Source of the DNA: a virus | DNA: 64,000 nt | IMG/VR virus record: IMGVR_UViG_3300036985_002638 | Coordinates: 9,845 to 73,844 of that record | Reading direction: 5' to 3' (one strand) | Shown here: positions 27,399 through 35,891 of the stretch, piece after piece | How the letters are laid out: the number at the start of each line of letters is the position of its first letter | Numbering within the stretch: position 1 is the stretch's first letter | The notes under the pieces: generated by a model | Told to the model about the DNA's origin: nothing | What the model saw: the letters and a program-made list of their open reading frames with translations, nothing else | Database searches by the model: none | Position numbers and translations under genes: made by a program

Positions 27399-27959
27399 TT
27401 ATCTTAATAATTTAATGTGAACTCCTGGATTATTTTTATCGTATTGATATGGTTTAAAAGAAGGGATTAGAAAGTCTGCTGAATCATCTTCTATCCAATT
27501 ATTTTCAGTGAATAAATCTTCGCAAGTTTGCGATGCATTACAATAATCGAACCTATGCTTACTTCCCCTTACAAATGTAAACTCAACTCTAAATGGAGGT
27601 TTTAATCCGTAATGTTCAATAGCTTTTCTAAACTCTATTCCAAATATATTGTATTGCATAGCTGTAACCTTCTTATATTCTGAGTGACCTTTGCTTGGTA
27701 AACTAATCTGCTTGCCATTTCTAACAAAGTTTATTCTACTATTCTTTTTAGAAGGAACGTTGTAAGTAATAAACCACTCTGTATTTATTTTATGCTCAAA
27801 ATCAGGGCTGTCATTTACTTTTAACTTAGGTATAATATCAAGCATTTCAAACTCTTTAAATTCTTTTGGAGTATGCTTTTTACTATAAGTACCATCTTCA
27901 TTACGAGTTAATCCCATAGCTTCTAATCTCTCTATTGTAAACCCTGTTTTCTTAGCCAT
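27399..27959 (-). CDS. RusA-like Holliday junction resolvase
   Basis: VPSKKNS, RFDYCN...EDL...IEDDS motifs. Confidence 0.75.
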   Translation of the reverse strand: MAKKTGFTIERLEAMGLTRNEDGTYSKKHTPKEFKEFEMLDIIPKLKVNDSPDFEHKINTEWFITYNVPSKKNSRINFVRNGKQISLPSKGHSEYKKVTAMQYNIFGIEFRKAIEHYGLKPPFRVEFTFVRGSKHRFDYCNASQTCEDLFTENNWIEDDSADFLIPSFKPYQYDKNNPGVHIKLLR

Positions 27960-28270
27960 TATCCAAATATTAATTTAAGTTTTTTAAGAGCCTCTGCTTC
28001 ATCAAATTTAGGAGAAGTAATAAGTAATTGGGTATTAATACCATATCTTACTGCTAACCATATAATCTGAGCTTCACTTAGTGTATTCTTTTGAGGCTTA
28101 TCACTAAAGTATCTTGATAACTGCTCTGGAGCTATCTTGAATCGTCTTTCAGAAGCATCTAACACAACCGCCGAGTTCTTAAATCCAAATCCTACATTGG
28201 ACGGATAAAGCTCTTTCAGCCTGTCGTGGATATGCTTCTTTAAGACTTTACTATCCTTTACTAATGACAT
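27959..28270 (-). CDS. Hypothetical protein, possible HTH
   Basis: IAPEQLSRYF HTH-like segment. Confidence 0.4.
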   Translation of the reverse strand: MSLVKDSKVLKKHIHDRLKELYPSNVGFGFKNSAVVLDASERRFKIAPEQLSRYFSDKPQKNTLSEAQIIWLAVRYGINTQLLITSPKFDEAEALKKLKLIFG

Positions 28271-28514
28271 CTAAGTATTCATCTATGTTGTTAATAGCTA
28301 TATCTAATTGTTTCTCTAGTAAATCATTTGTAGTTTTAGGAAAAGTGAGTCTTCCGATTTCTGATTTAGTTTTACGATCAACAAATGTTTGGAGGTTAAA
28401 AAATTCTCCATCAGCGTTTCTACCTATTGGTTCTTTGAAAGTATCAATAGTAACAATGATGTTTCTTCCGTCTTTTGTTTTTGCTTCTTTAGCGATTGAT
28501 GCTGTTGGTTTCAT
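28251..28514 (-). CDS. Hypothetical protein
   Basis: 87 aa, in operon. Confidence 0.5.
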   Translation of the reverse strand: MKPTASIAKEAKTKDGRNIIVTIDTFKEPIGRNADGEFFNLQTFVDRKTKSEIGRLTFPKTTNDLLEKQLDIAINNIDEYLDVISKG

Positions 28515-28522
28515 GTTTATAT

Positions 28523-28990
28523 TTATTTATTAATTACTATTTCTCTGTAATATTTATCTGTATAAGACTCGGGAGATAATACTATTACTCCTTCTTGAGC
28601 CACAAAATTGAGGACGTTGTCTATGAACTCCGATGTTTCTTTCTTATTCAACTCTGTTAAACTCTTTACCATGTGCTTGTCGTATTTCTTTTTACCTACT
28701 ACTACTCTTATTTGGTAAGCTAAAAACATAGGTTGAAACACTTGCTTATGTAATTCCTCTACATTACTGTAACCTTGGAATGACTCGTGTTGTAAGCAAG
28801 TTCTAAGTATTCCTCCCCAATAGTAAGAGAATTGAGATACACTAGGGCGTTTGTGACGTTCTTTAATTACAAGTTCTATTTCTTTACCTGCAAGAGCATC
28901 ACGTTGTTCATCCCATAAATCTTTATGGTAAAATACTATATTTCCGTTATCTAAGCATCTGCCGAAGTGGCGCACAATTACATCTGCCAT
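28523..28990 (-). CDS. NinB-like recombination accessory protein
   Basis: RPSVSQFSYYWG...LH...SLTELNKKETSEFIDNV. Confidence 0.65.
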   Translation of the reverse strand: MADVIVRHFGRCLDNGNIVFYHKDLWDEQRDALAGKEIELVIKERHKRPSVSQFSYYWGGILRTCLQHESFQGYSNVEELHKQVFQPMFLAYQIRVVVGKKKYDKHMVKSLTELNKKETSEFIDNVLNFVAQEGVIVLSPESYTDKYYREIVINK

Positions 28991-29005
28991 TTATTGTTTT
29001 TGTTT

Positions 29006-29082
29006 TGGTACACATACAGGACTCGAACCTGTGACCTCTTGGGATTATTGCCAAGCCTCTATCCAACTGAGTTAATGTGTAC
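29006..29082 (-). tRNA. tRNA-like element with aberrant 8-nt anticodon loop (pseudo-tRNA, undetermined)
   Basis: Acceptor TACACAT/ATGTGTA, D-arm CTCAGTTGGATAGAG, T-arm ACAGG-TTCGAGT-CCTGT, anticodon stem CTTGG/CCAAG with loop CAATAATC. Confidence 0.7.
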
Positions 29083-29095
29083 TGTTAATTGTTAA

Positions 29096-29854
29096 TTAGA
29101 ACATATCTCCTTCTTCATCTCCTGGATTAAAGATAATCTCCTTCTCTTCTTCCTCCATTTTAACTTCTGATTTAGGAGCTGATTTAGATTTAGAGTTTAA
29201 GCCATTATCTTGATTAGAATCCACAACTTCACCTGCCGCTACTGTAGAAGCGTTTTTAGCTAAATATGCAGTTAAGTACTCTTGTAACTCTCTATCTAAT
29301 TCTATTGCCGCGTTATTAGCTTCATCAGATACTTTTAAAACTTCATACACTGGTTCAAAATACTTAGTAGCGCCCTTCTTCATTGGATTAGCTTTCTTAA
29401 CCGAAACTCCAATCTTACTCATCTTCTTTCCTTTGCAGAACTCAATGTATGGTCCTAATGCAGAACCTTTTAATTGTAAGTTAGCTAATACATAATTCTT
29501 ACCTTCTTTAATAGCTACATATACAGATTGAACGTAATCAAGTCCGCGAGATGATAACTTCTCTTTTACGTTTTCGTATAAGCCTGTCATAACTACTCCG
29601 TTCTTTGTACGAACTGTTAGCATATCAGTTTTAGTGTTACGGATTTCATTTGAATAGAATCCTAATCCTGCCTTCTCATCATAACCTTTAGTTGTAGATA
29701 ATTGATCTAACGGCAGAAAGTAGAAAGGTAATTCAATGAATACATTTTCTTTCTTTTCTTTATCGTAGTACTTAAATTTTCCTTCCGAACCACTCCATTC
29801 GATAAATTTTGAAGCTGGGTTTACGGCGTTGTCTGTTGGATTACTTCTTGACAT
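29096..29854 (-). CDS. Putative ssDNA-binding/annealing protein
   Basis: 252 aa beta-rich, with acidic tail ending DEEGDMF typical of SSB partner-binding tips. Confidence 0.55.
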   Translation of the reverse strand: MSRSNPTDNAVNPASKFIEWSGSEGKFKYYDKEKKENVFIELPFYFLPLDQLSTTKGYDEKAGLGFYSNEIRNTKTDMLTVRTKNGVVMTGLYENVKEKLSSRGLDYVQSVYVAIKEGKNYVLANLQLKGSALGPYIEFCKGKKMSKIGVSVKKANPMKKGATKYFEPVYEVLKVSDEANNAAIELDRELQEYLTAYLAKNASTVAAGEVVDSNQDNGLNSKSKSAPKSEVKMEEEEKEIIFNPGDEEGDMF

Positions 29855-29938
29855 TTGTTTTTGTTTTTATGGTTTATATTATTTATACGTTTAATTTTGA
29901 TATAAAGTTACATCTTTTGATTAAAATATGCAAGAGAT

Positions 29939-30205
29939 TTAAAATAATAATGCTTTATCCGTGTATAGGTTAACTCTATTCATATTCTTCTTGTGGTACT
30001 TTCTGATAGCTATTTTACGTTCACTTACTGCATTACCGTGGGTGTGGATAGTTCCTAACTTATTAATGGTTAGTTTGAATGTTTCTGCTTTAGAAAACAT
30101 GATATTCATCGCGCCGATGTGTCGCATGATAACACACTTTATCTGCTCTTCCGTGTACTCAGGATGCTTTTCTTTTAGTTTATGTAGTAGTTGAGCGTTT
30201 AGCAT
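29939..30205 (-). CDS. HU/IHF-like small DNA-binding protein
   Basis: Helix-helix then LTINKLGTIH, basic arm. Confidence 0.45.
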   Translation of the reverse strand: MLNAQLLHKLKEKHPEYTEEQIKCVIMRHIGAMNIMFSKAETFKLTINKLGTIHTHGNAVSERKIAIRKYHKKNMNRVNLYTDKALLF

Positions 30206-30828
30206 TACACGGTTACTTTTAAATCTTTGTAATACTTAATACCATTTACTACCTTACCATCTTCTAATGAGTCAGAATTAGCTTTTAGATACTCTTTTAC
30301 TTTACTTTCATCTACCATTAAGAACTCTTTAGGAACTGAGTTAATATCTACTACTTCAAATGTCCAAGGCCTTCTTACTTTAGATATTACTTCTATTTCA
30401 ATAGGAGCTTCTTCAAACACTGGCTCAATACCAATTTCTGCCATAGCAGCTAACTCTTCTTCTTTAGCTTTTCTTTCAGCGTCTTTTAATCTAATCCAAG
30501 CTATCTTTTCATTTTTAAGATGCTTTAATGCTTCTTCTGAAGACTCAGATACATAAGCCGCCGCCGAGTCAATAGCTTTACCTTTCTCAAAATAAGGTTT
30601 CTTTTCTGCTACTCTAACAGACTCTACTGCCTTAATAAGTTCATTCACTTTACCCATTTGGTTCTCACAGACTGCTAAACTATTCTCATCAGTTACTTTG
30701 ATTTGCAGGCAGGTTTCCGCCGCTTTGTCGAGTTGTAATTTTACATTCTCAAATTTAAGAAGAGATGACTTTAACTCAGGAGTTTGTACTATCAATTCTT
30801 GTAGTGTTACTTTTTCTTTCTTTGCCAT
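30205..30828 (-). CDS. Coiled-coil phage protein
   Basis: C-terminal WTFEVVDINSVPKEFLMVDESKV...VNGIKYY motif common in phage recombination modules. Confidence 0.5.
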   Translation of the reverse strand: MAKKEKVTLQELIVQTPELKSSLLKFENVKLQLDKAAETCLQIKVTDENSLAVCENQMGKVNELIKAVESVRVAEKKPYFEKGKAIDSAAAYVSESSEEALKHLKNEKIAWIRLKDAERKAKEEELAAMAEIGIEPVFEEAPIEIEVISKVRRPWTFEVVDINSVPKEFLMVDESKVKEYLKANSDSLEDGKVVNGIKYYKDLKVTV

Positions 30829-30831
30829 GGT

Positions 30832-31170
30832 TTATTTTTTTAGTGATTTTAAAAACGAAGTTAATTCTTTAGCCAACAAGGCATTATTATATTGTGATGA
30901 TTCTATTTGATATAAAGCACTCCTTAATCCTCTTTTAGTTTGAGTCTCAAGACTTGTGCCTTCTCCTTTTAGGCAGATAAATCTATCCCAAGGTATCTTC
31001 ACTTCTTTTCTTTTCTTCATAACTACAAAGTGATCTATTTTAACATCTAAAACAGTAAAACAACCGTCCATTTCAGATATATGAACTTGACTTCCTGGGA
31101 TACAAGGTTTTTTGTTTTTAACCAAAACTCCAGAACTGTAATAATACCATGGATTATAATATGTACTCAT
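30832..31170 (-). CDS. Hypothetical protein
   Basis: 112 aa downstream of a promoter motif. Confidence 0.5.
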   Translation of the reverse strand: MSTYYNPWYYYSSGVLVKNKKPCIPGSQVHISEMDGCFTVLDVKIDHFVVMKKRKEVKIPWDRFICLKGEGTSLETQTKRGLRSALYQIESSQYNNALLAKELTSFLKSLKK

Positions 31171-31246
31171 AATTTCTAATTTTAATAGTTAAACGTATAA
31201 AAATAAATAAGGTTACAAAAAATTGAATAAATAATCAAATTATTTT

Positions 31247-31666
31247 TTATTCTTCTCTATTAAGCCTAAATTTATGGTATTGAGCATCTAATTTAGGAAT
31301 AGGTATTTCATCAGGAAACACTCTTTTATCAGCATCAGCTTTAATATTAAGCCATATCTCAGCCATCTTACATTTACAGTAGTCTTGGTATATCTTCTTA
31401 TGCTTATCTTTATCTTTAATACTTCTATCTTGGATGACTAAGTAGTCTGCTTTACAATTCTCTAATACTTCTTTCTTGATATTTTCATCAATAGTCATAT
31501 CATTACCTGCCCATTTAAGTAAATCGTATAGCATAGCTCCTGAGTGTGTGTTTGTTATTATTCCACAACCTTCATTATCGTAAAGGTTATAGAACTCTTT
31601 TAGGCATATAGCGGATAAAGCTAATCCTATTGGGGATTTAAAATCTACTTTAGAACTCGTCTCCAC
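31247..31666 (-). CDS. Hypothetical protein
   Basis: 139 aa, overlaps the end of dnaB. Confidence 0.5.
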   Translation of the reverse strand: METSSKVDFKSPIGLALSAICLKEFYNLYDNEGCGIITNTHSGAMLYDLLKWAGNDMTIDENIKKEVLENCKADYLVIQDRSIKDKDKHKKIYQDYCKCKMAEIWLNIKADADKRVFPDEIPIPKLDAQYHKFRLNREE

Positions 31667-33026
31667 TTGCGCCTCCTTTTATTATATCGTTTGAATCAGG
31701 AGCATAGTCTTTGAATGCCGAGTATTTACCCTCAAATCTTACATAAACCTTTCCCGTGCTTCCGTATCTGTTTTTAGCTACGTTAATTTCACACAGTCCA
31801 CGCAAATCCATTCCTGTTTTTGGATCTGTTGCATCAGAATTATAGTAATCAGCCCTGTAAAGTAACCAAATTTGTACAGCGTTGGCCTCTATTGCTCCCG
31901 AGTCTTTCAAATCAGACATTAAAGGATATGGCGGATTTCTCTTCTCTACATCTCTTGACAACTGAGATAATTCAATCATGCAACAATTTTCAGTTTTAGA
32001 AGTTTCAAGTAACCCATTACATCTATCTCCAACTTGTTCTTCTTTAGATTTTCCAACCGTCTCTTCTTTGGTATTCTTCATTAACTGTAAATAATCAATC
32101 ATTACAGTCATAAGTGTACTTAATGGAATGCCTAGTTGTTTACGAACCTTTCTTATCTTAGTTCTCATATATTGCCAAGTAATTCCAGGAGTGTCATCAA
32201 TAACTAGGTTTCTCTTAATCTTATCTCTTAGTTTTTTAATCCTTACTAAATCTTCATCAGATACATTTCCGCTTCTAATCTGCCAACTATTAATCTCTAG
32301 GCAGTTAGCCCAAATGTTTTTCATTAATTGTTTTGCGGGCATCTCTAAAGAAAATATAATTAACGGCTCTCCTTTATCAACAGCTATATGTTTAGTTATG
32401 TTAATAATTAAGCTAGTCTTTCCCATCCCTGGCCTTGCTCCAACAACAATAACTTCCTGCTTTGCTCCCGATGTAATTTTATTCAAGTCTTTTATACCAT
32501 AAGAGTGTCCGATTGTTTCCGATTTACTATTCTGAGCTTCCATTAACTCTTCAAAAGCTTCATCAAAAATATCTTCAACGTGTCTTTCTACTGATAGATT
32601 GTTCTTAATGCTTTCAATATCCGACACTATTGACTTTAAATCTTCAATAGAACTATTTACATCAGTTATCTCATTACTAAGCTCTGAGTGAACGCTATGA
32701 AGTATAGGTAGCATTTTTCTCTTAGTGTACTCATCGAATATATCATTTACATACTCTGATACGTTTTTAGCAATAGCATAATTTGGTTCCGACACTTCCA
32801 ATCCAATCTCTTTCTTGTTACAGCCAGACTTAATTAACATATTAGAAAGTAGATAAACGTCAGACTTTCTACCTTTATCGTGGTTATGTTTTATAATTTT
32901 ATACTTAACCTTGTTAAAATTTGTGGACCACAATTCATCAAATATCAAATGGTGACATGACTCGAATAAATTTTCATTATCTGCATATAAATTTAGTACC
33001 GCTCTTTCTTTCTCTTTTAATGTCAT
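31650..33026 (-). CDS. dnaB: Replicative DNA helicase DnaB
   Basis: GARPGMGKT, FSLEM, IDYLQL, LSQLSR, DLKDSGAIE, AKNRYG. Confidence 0.95.
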   Translation of the reverse strand: MTLKEKERAVLNLYADNENLFESCHHLIFDELWSTNFNKVKYKIIKHNHDKGRKSDVYLLSNMLIKSGCNKKEIGLEVSEPNYAIAKNVSEYVNDIFDEYTKRKMLPILHSVHSELSNEITDVNSSIEDLKSIVSDIESIKNNLSVERHVEDIFDEAFEELMEAQNSKSETIGHSYGIKDLNKITSGAKQEVIVVGARPGMGKTSLIINITKHIAVDKGEPLIIFSLEMPAKQLMKNIWANCLEINSWQIRSGNVSDEDLVRIKKLRDKIKRNLVIDDTPGITWQYMRTKIRKVRKQLGIPLSTLMTVMIDYLQLMKNTKEETVGKSKEEQVGDRCNGLLETSKTENCCMIELSQLSRDVEKRNPPYPLMSDLKDSGAIEANAVQIWLLYRADYYNSDATDPKTGMDLRGLCEINVAKNRYGSTGKVYVRFEGKYSAFKDYAPDSNDIIKGGASGDEF

Positions 33027-33028
33027 AG

Positions 33029-33406
33029 TTAACTTCTAAAAAATGATGATGTTTGCTCCACTTTTTCTTGTATTTTATTCTTATCAACAAACCAAACCGA
33101 TAAAGCTTTCCCTTTCCAATTAAGAACAGGTGAACCATTAGCTCCTTTCCATTCCATAGTAGAATAGTATTCAAAAAACTTATTCGCGGATTCTAAGGTA
33201 TATCCTTTTGATTTAAAGTATTCTCTTACGTCTTCTACTCTTGGAGCAGGAGCAGGTTTCTTCTTTTCTTTCTTAGGTTTACTAAAATACTCTTTAATAG
33301 CTTCGTGGGTAGTCTTAGAATACTTTTGTTGTTTCTTAGTTCTATCCGCCAAAGTGAAATTGTAAATAAATATTTCTCCTTCTTGTGTTACTTCTAGTTT
33401 TGTCAT
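33029..33406 (-). CDS. Replication initiator/helicase-loader-like protein
   Basis: PRVEDVREYF...KFFEYY..MEWK...NWKGKA..W resembles a phage replication protein C-terminal domain; immediately upstream of dnaB. Confidence 0.55.
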   Translation of the reverse strand: MTKLEVTQEGEIFIYNFTLADRTKKQQKYSKTTHEAIKEYFSKPKKEKKKPAPAPRVEDVREYFKSKGYTLESANKFFEYYSTMEWKGANGSPVLNWKGKALSVWFVDKNKIQEKVEQTSSFFRS

Positions 33407-33425
33407 TTTTTAATTCAAGTTTGAG

Positions 33426-33707
33426 TTATAAATTAAATACTTTATCTAAATTGATTTGTTGATACCATTGCAAATAACTTACATCAACTTTTTTAGGCTC
33501 GTTAATCAATAACTGACTAGCTTTACTTTTACTTAAATGCTTTCTGTTAATTATCCAAGCATTAGCCGATTCATTAAAGTTAACGAGTGTAGGAACATTT
33601 GTGATATTAAATAACAACTTTTTTCTAAATGCTAGTATCTGATTTTCAAATATTAGGTAGTTAGAGTAGGTTATAAAATAATCGTTGTTTGGTTTTGCTT
33701 CGTTCAT
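33426..33707 (-). CDS. Hypothetical protein adjacent to the cassette array
   Basis: 93 aa, in the position where intI sits in an integron. Confidence 0.5.
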   Translation of the reverse strand: MNEAKPNNDYFITYSNYLIFENQILAFRKKLLFNITNVPTLVNFNESANAWIINRKHLSKSKASQLLINEPKKVDVSYLQWYQQINLDKVFNL

Positions 33708-33782
33708 TATCAGTTAGTTAAGGTGGTTGATTGCGTGTAGCGAGTAGTTAGCAGTAATAAAACTCCCACGCTCCTGTGCGTA

Positions 33783-34043
33783 TCAACCAGCGTTAAAAGA
33801 GCCTAATATTACGCCTCTTACTTGTTCCTCATTTGCTATCCCTATTTCTTTACAAAATATAGATGTTTCTTTTAAAGCCCAATCACTCCATTTGCTATTA
33901 GGTTCTTTGTAAACCCTACCGTCAGGATGTATTGTTTTAGCATCAGTTTCATTTTCAGCGCAAACGATACATGAGTCATAAGTATCATAATCGTTGTTGT
34001 CATTTTGGGTTAATAAGTATATTTTCATTTTAATTATTTTCAT
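33783..34043 (-). CDS. Cassette 1: small conserved phage protein
   Basis: YLLTQNDNNDYDTYDSCIVCAENE...VILGSFNAG. Confidence 0.65.
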   Translation of the reverse strand: MKIIKMKIYLLTQNDNNDYDTYDSCIVCAENETDAKTIHPDGRVYKEPNSKWSDWALKETSIFCKEIGIANEEQVRGVILGSFNAG

Positions 34044-34090
34044 TTTAAGTTTTATGTTTTACATTTCAAATTGCTATTCTGTTTTACTAC

Positions 34091-34166
34091 TGCTAACAGC
34101 ACCTAATAAACAGGCGGACATCAACTATATTTATACCGCCCGTCCATTAGCTGCAAAACGTTAGTT
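34091..34166 (+). repeat. attC-like site 1 (76 bp)
   Basis: TGCTAAC-AGCACCTAATAAACAGGCGG...CCGCCCGTCCATTAGCTGC-AAAAC-GTTAGTT. Confidence 0.75.
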
Positions 34167-34215
34167 TCAATAAAATAAACCATTGATGTTTACTTTTCTG
34201 ATGTTAATATAAGCG

Positions 34216-34521
34216 CTACTTACCGTACTTTTCCTTTAATCTTTCTAATTGCTCCAATTCCCTTCTTTTAATTTCTTCATTTCTTTTGTTGGTTTCAGCT
34301 ATTCTAAAACTAAACTCTTCGTCTGTTTCTAATCTTTGATTAAAAGCAGTAATTGAAACATACGCATTTCCATAATCATCATAAGCTTCTATGTCAATAT
34401 AATTAGCTCCTAATTTTTCAAGTTCATTAATATCTTCTTTTAATTTGCTTATTTCAATTCCATAAGTCCAGTTAACTGAGTAATTAACTTCAAATTTTCT
34501 TAATTGTTTTTCCTTATTCAT
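34216..34521 (-). CDS. Cassette 2: hypothetical protein
   Basis: 101 aa with C-terminal RLETDEE...LERLKEKY coiled coil. Confidence 0.65.
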   Translation of the reverse strand: MNKEKQLRKFEVNYSVNWTYGIEISKLKEDINELEKLGANYIDIEAYDDYGNAYVSITAFNQRLETDEEFSFRIAETNKRNEEIKRRELEQLERLKEKYGK

Positions 34522-34555
34522 ATTTTTTTATTTTAATTTGGTTTATTTTACTGTA

Positions 34556-34642
34556 AACTAACACAACCTAACAAACATTTGAGCGTTACTGCTAATATGT
34601 ATCAGTTGGTCTACAAACGTCTGTTAGCCCCGTCCGTTAGTA
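34556..34642 (+). repeat. attC-like site 2 (87 bp)
   Basis: AACTAAC..CTAACAAACATTTG...CAAACGTCTGTTAG..GTTAGTA. Confidence 0.7.
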
Positions 34643-34659
34643 CCAATAGCCTTTGATGT

Positions 34660-35007
34660 TTACGCTTCGGTTGTTGATATAGGTGGATTTGGTAATCGCA
34701 TCCAATGTGTTACTGTTCCAAGTAAATTATGATTTGTATCAGATTTAAACTTATTATCTTGTAAAAACCAAACTCCCTGATAAACACATTGGTTGAATTT
34801 TGGAGCATCGGCATTAAATAATAATACAAATTCAACTCTTTCCGTTGGTAATTTATCTTTTACATTAAACCATTTATTTTTTTGGTTTGAGTATTCAACT
34901 ATTAAAGCATCAATACACTTTAATACAGTTTCTTTTGGATGAACTAATGGAAAGTTGTAATAAGCAACTTCTACTATTTTTTCAGCGTATTGTTTTGAAT
35001 CTATCAT
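34660..35007 (-). CDS. Cassette 3: DUF551-like protein
   Basis: KWFNVKDKLP...VTHWMRLPNPP. Confidence 0.75.
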   Translation of the reverse strand: MIDSKQYAEKIVEVAYYNFPLVHPKETVLKCIDALIVEYSNQKNKWFNVKDKLPTERVEFVLLFNADAPKFNQCVYQGVWFLQDNKFKSDTNHNLLGTVTHWMRLPNPPISTTEA

Positions 35008-35047
35008 AATTGTATGTATTTGTTTTTAAATTTAATTTGGCTACTGG

Positions 35048-35102
35048 TACTAACAGCACCTAATAAACAGCAAGCCGATTTATTAGCTGCAAAACGTTAA
35101 TA
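35048..35102 (+). repeat. attC-like site 3 (55 bp)
   Basis: TACTAAC-AGCACCTAATAAA...TTTATTAGCTGC-AAAAC-GTTAATA; shares 21-nt and 18-nt blocks with site 1. Confidence 0.75.
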
Positions 35103-35107
35103 TATAC

Positions 35108-35135
35108 TTAAACGTATATAAAAATAAAAGGTTAC
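35108..35135 (-). promoter_or_regulatory. GTAACC-N15-CGTTTAA promoter pointing into the cassette array
   Basis: One of 14 copies of the bipartite motif. Confidence 0.65.
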
Positions 35136-35157
35136 GTTTATTTGTAAATATTTAAAA

Positions 35158-35403
35158 TTATAAATGAGTGTCAAGCAATTTAAGCATTTCTAGCCAATTC
35201 TCTTTAGTTTTAAAATAGATTTCCATCGTGGACGCACCAGCTTTTTCTCTTAGTAAGTAAATATCTAATCCATAGAGTGAAGTATCGTCTTTGTAGGCGT
35301 AATAGCCCGCGAAATCAATCTGATTAAAAGAAAACATAACATATCCATCTACATATACTTTTACTCTTCCGTTGTAAATTTTAAGTTCGCGTTTATGTTT
35401 CAT
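35158..35403 (-). CDS. Hypothetical protein
   Basis: 81 aa, in operon. Confidence 0.5.
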   Translation of the reverse strand: MKHKRELKIYNGRVKVYVDGYVMFSFNQIDFAGYYAYKDDTSLYGLDIYLLREKAGASTMEIYFKTKENWLEMLKLLDTHL

Positions 35404-35407
35404 GGTA

Positions 35408-35752
35408 TTAATCTTTTTTGTTAATAGCTATCATAACATTTTGTAATAATTTTCCAGATATTTCTCCTATAATATAAGATGCGTGGATTAACTTATTATA
35501 CTTACTATCAGCTTCTTTTTTTTCATCAGGCTTCATCATTTTACGTATAGGACTAGCTTTAATCATCTCACTATCTTTCTTTAGCATCTCTATAATACCT
35601 CTAGCGTGTAACATGGCTGCTAAATCATTATCAATACTATTCTTAGTTTCTAATTCATATCCTTCTTTAGATATAGTTAGTTTGTAGTCAATAGAACCTT
35701 CTATTACTAAGTTTGTTGGAGACTCCGCCGACTTGTTTTCTTGTTTTTTCAT
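35408..35752 (-). CDS. Hypothetical protein
   Basis: 114 aa. Confidence 0.5.
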   Translation of the reverse strand: MKKQENKSAESPTNLVIEGSIDYKLTISKEGYELETKNSIDNDLAAMLHARGIIEMLKKDSEMIKASPIRKMMKPDEKKEADSKYNKLIHASYIIGEISGKLLQNVMIAINKKD

Positions 35753-35891
35753 ATTTATTTGTTTTTATAGTTATTTGCTAAGCATTTAAAGCATTGTAAG
35801 ACTCCTTTTATAATATTCATGTCAGAAGTAAATACTGGGTGTAAGCTATACTCTGTAGGCTTTTTACAGATATAACATACTTTTGTTTCTT

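Larger units (their letters stand above)
33747..35102. mobile_element. Integron-like gene cassette array (3 cassettes, no integrase)
   Basis: Each ORF is bounded by GTTAG... and its own complementary ...CTAAC; imperfect hairpin attC-like sites lie between cassettes. Confidence 0.75.

Noticed and set aside
34081-35102. CRISPR array or DGR template/variable repeats
   Set aside because: Repeats are separated by whole genes rather than 30-40 bp spacers; no cas or reverse transcriptase gene and no adenine-specific repeat pair.
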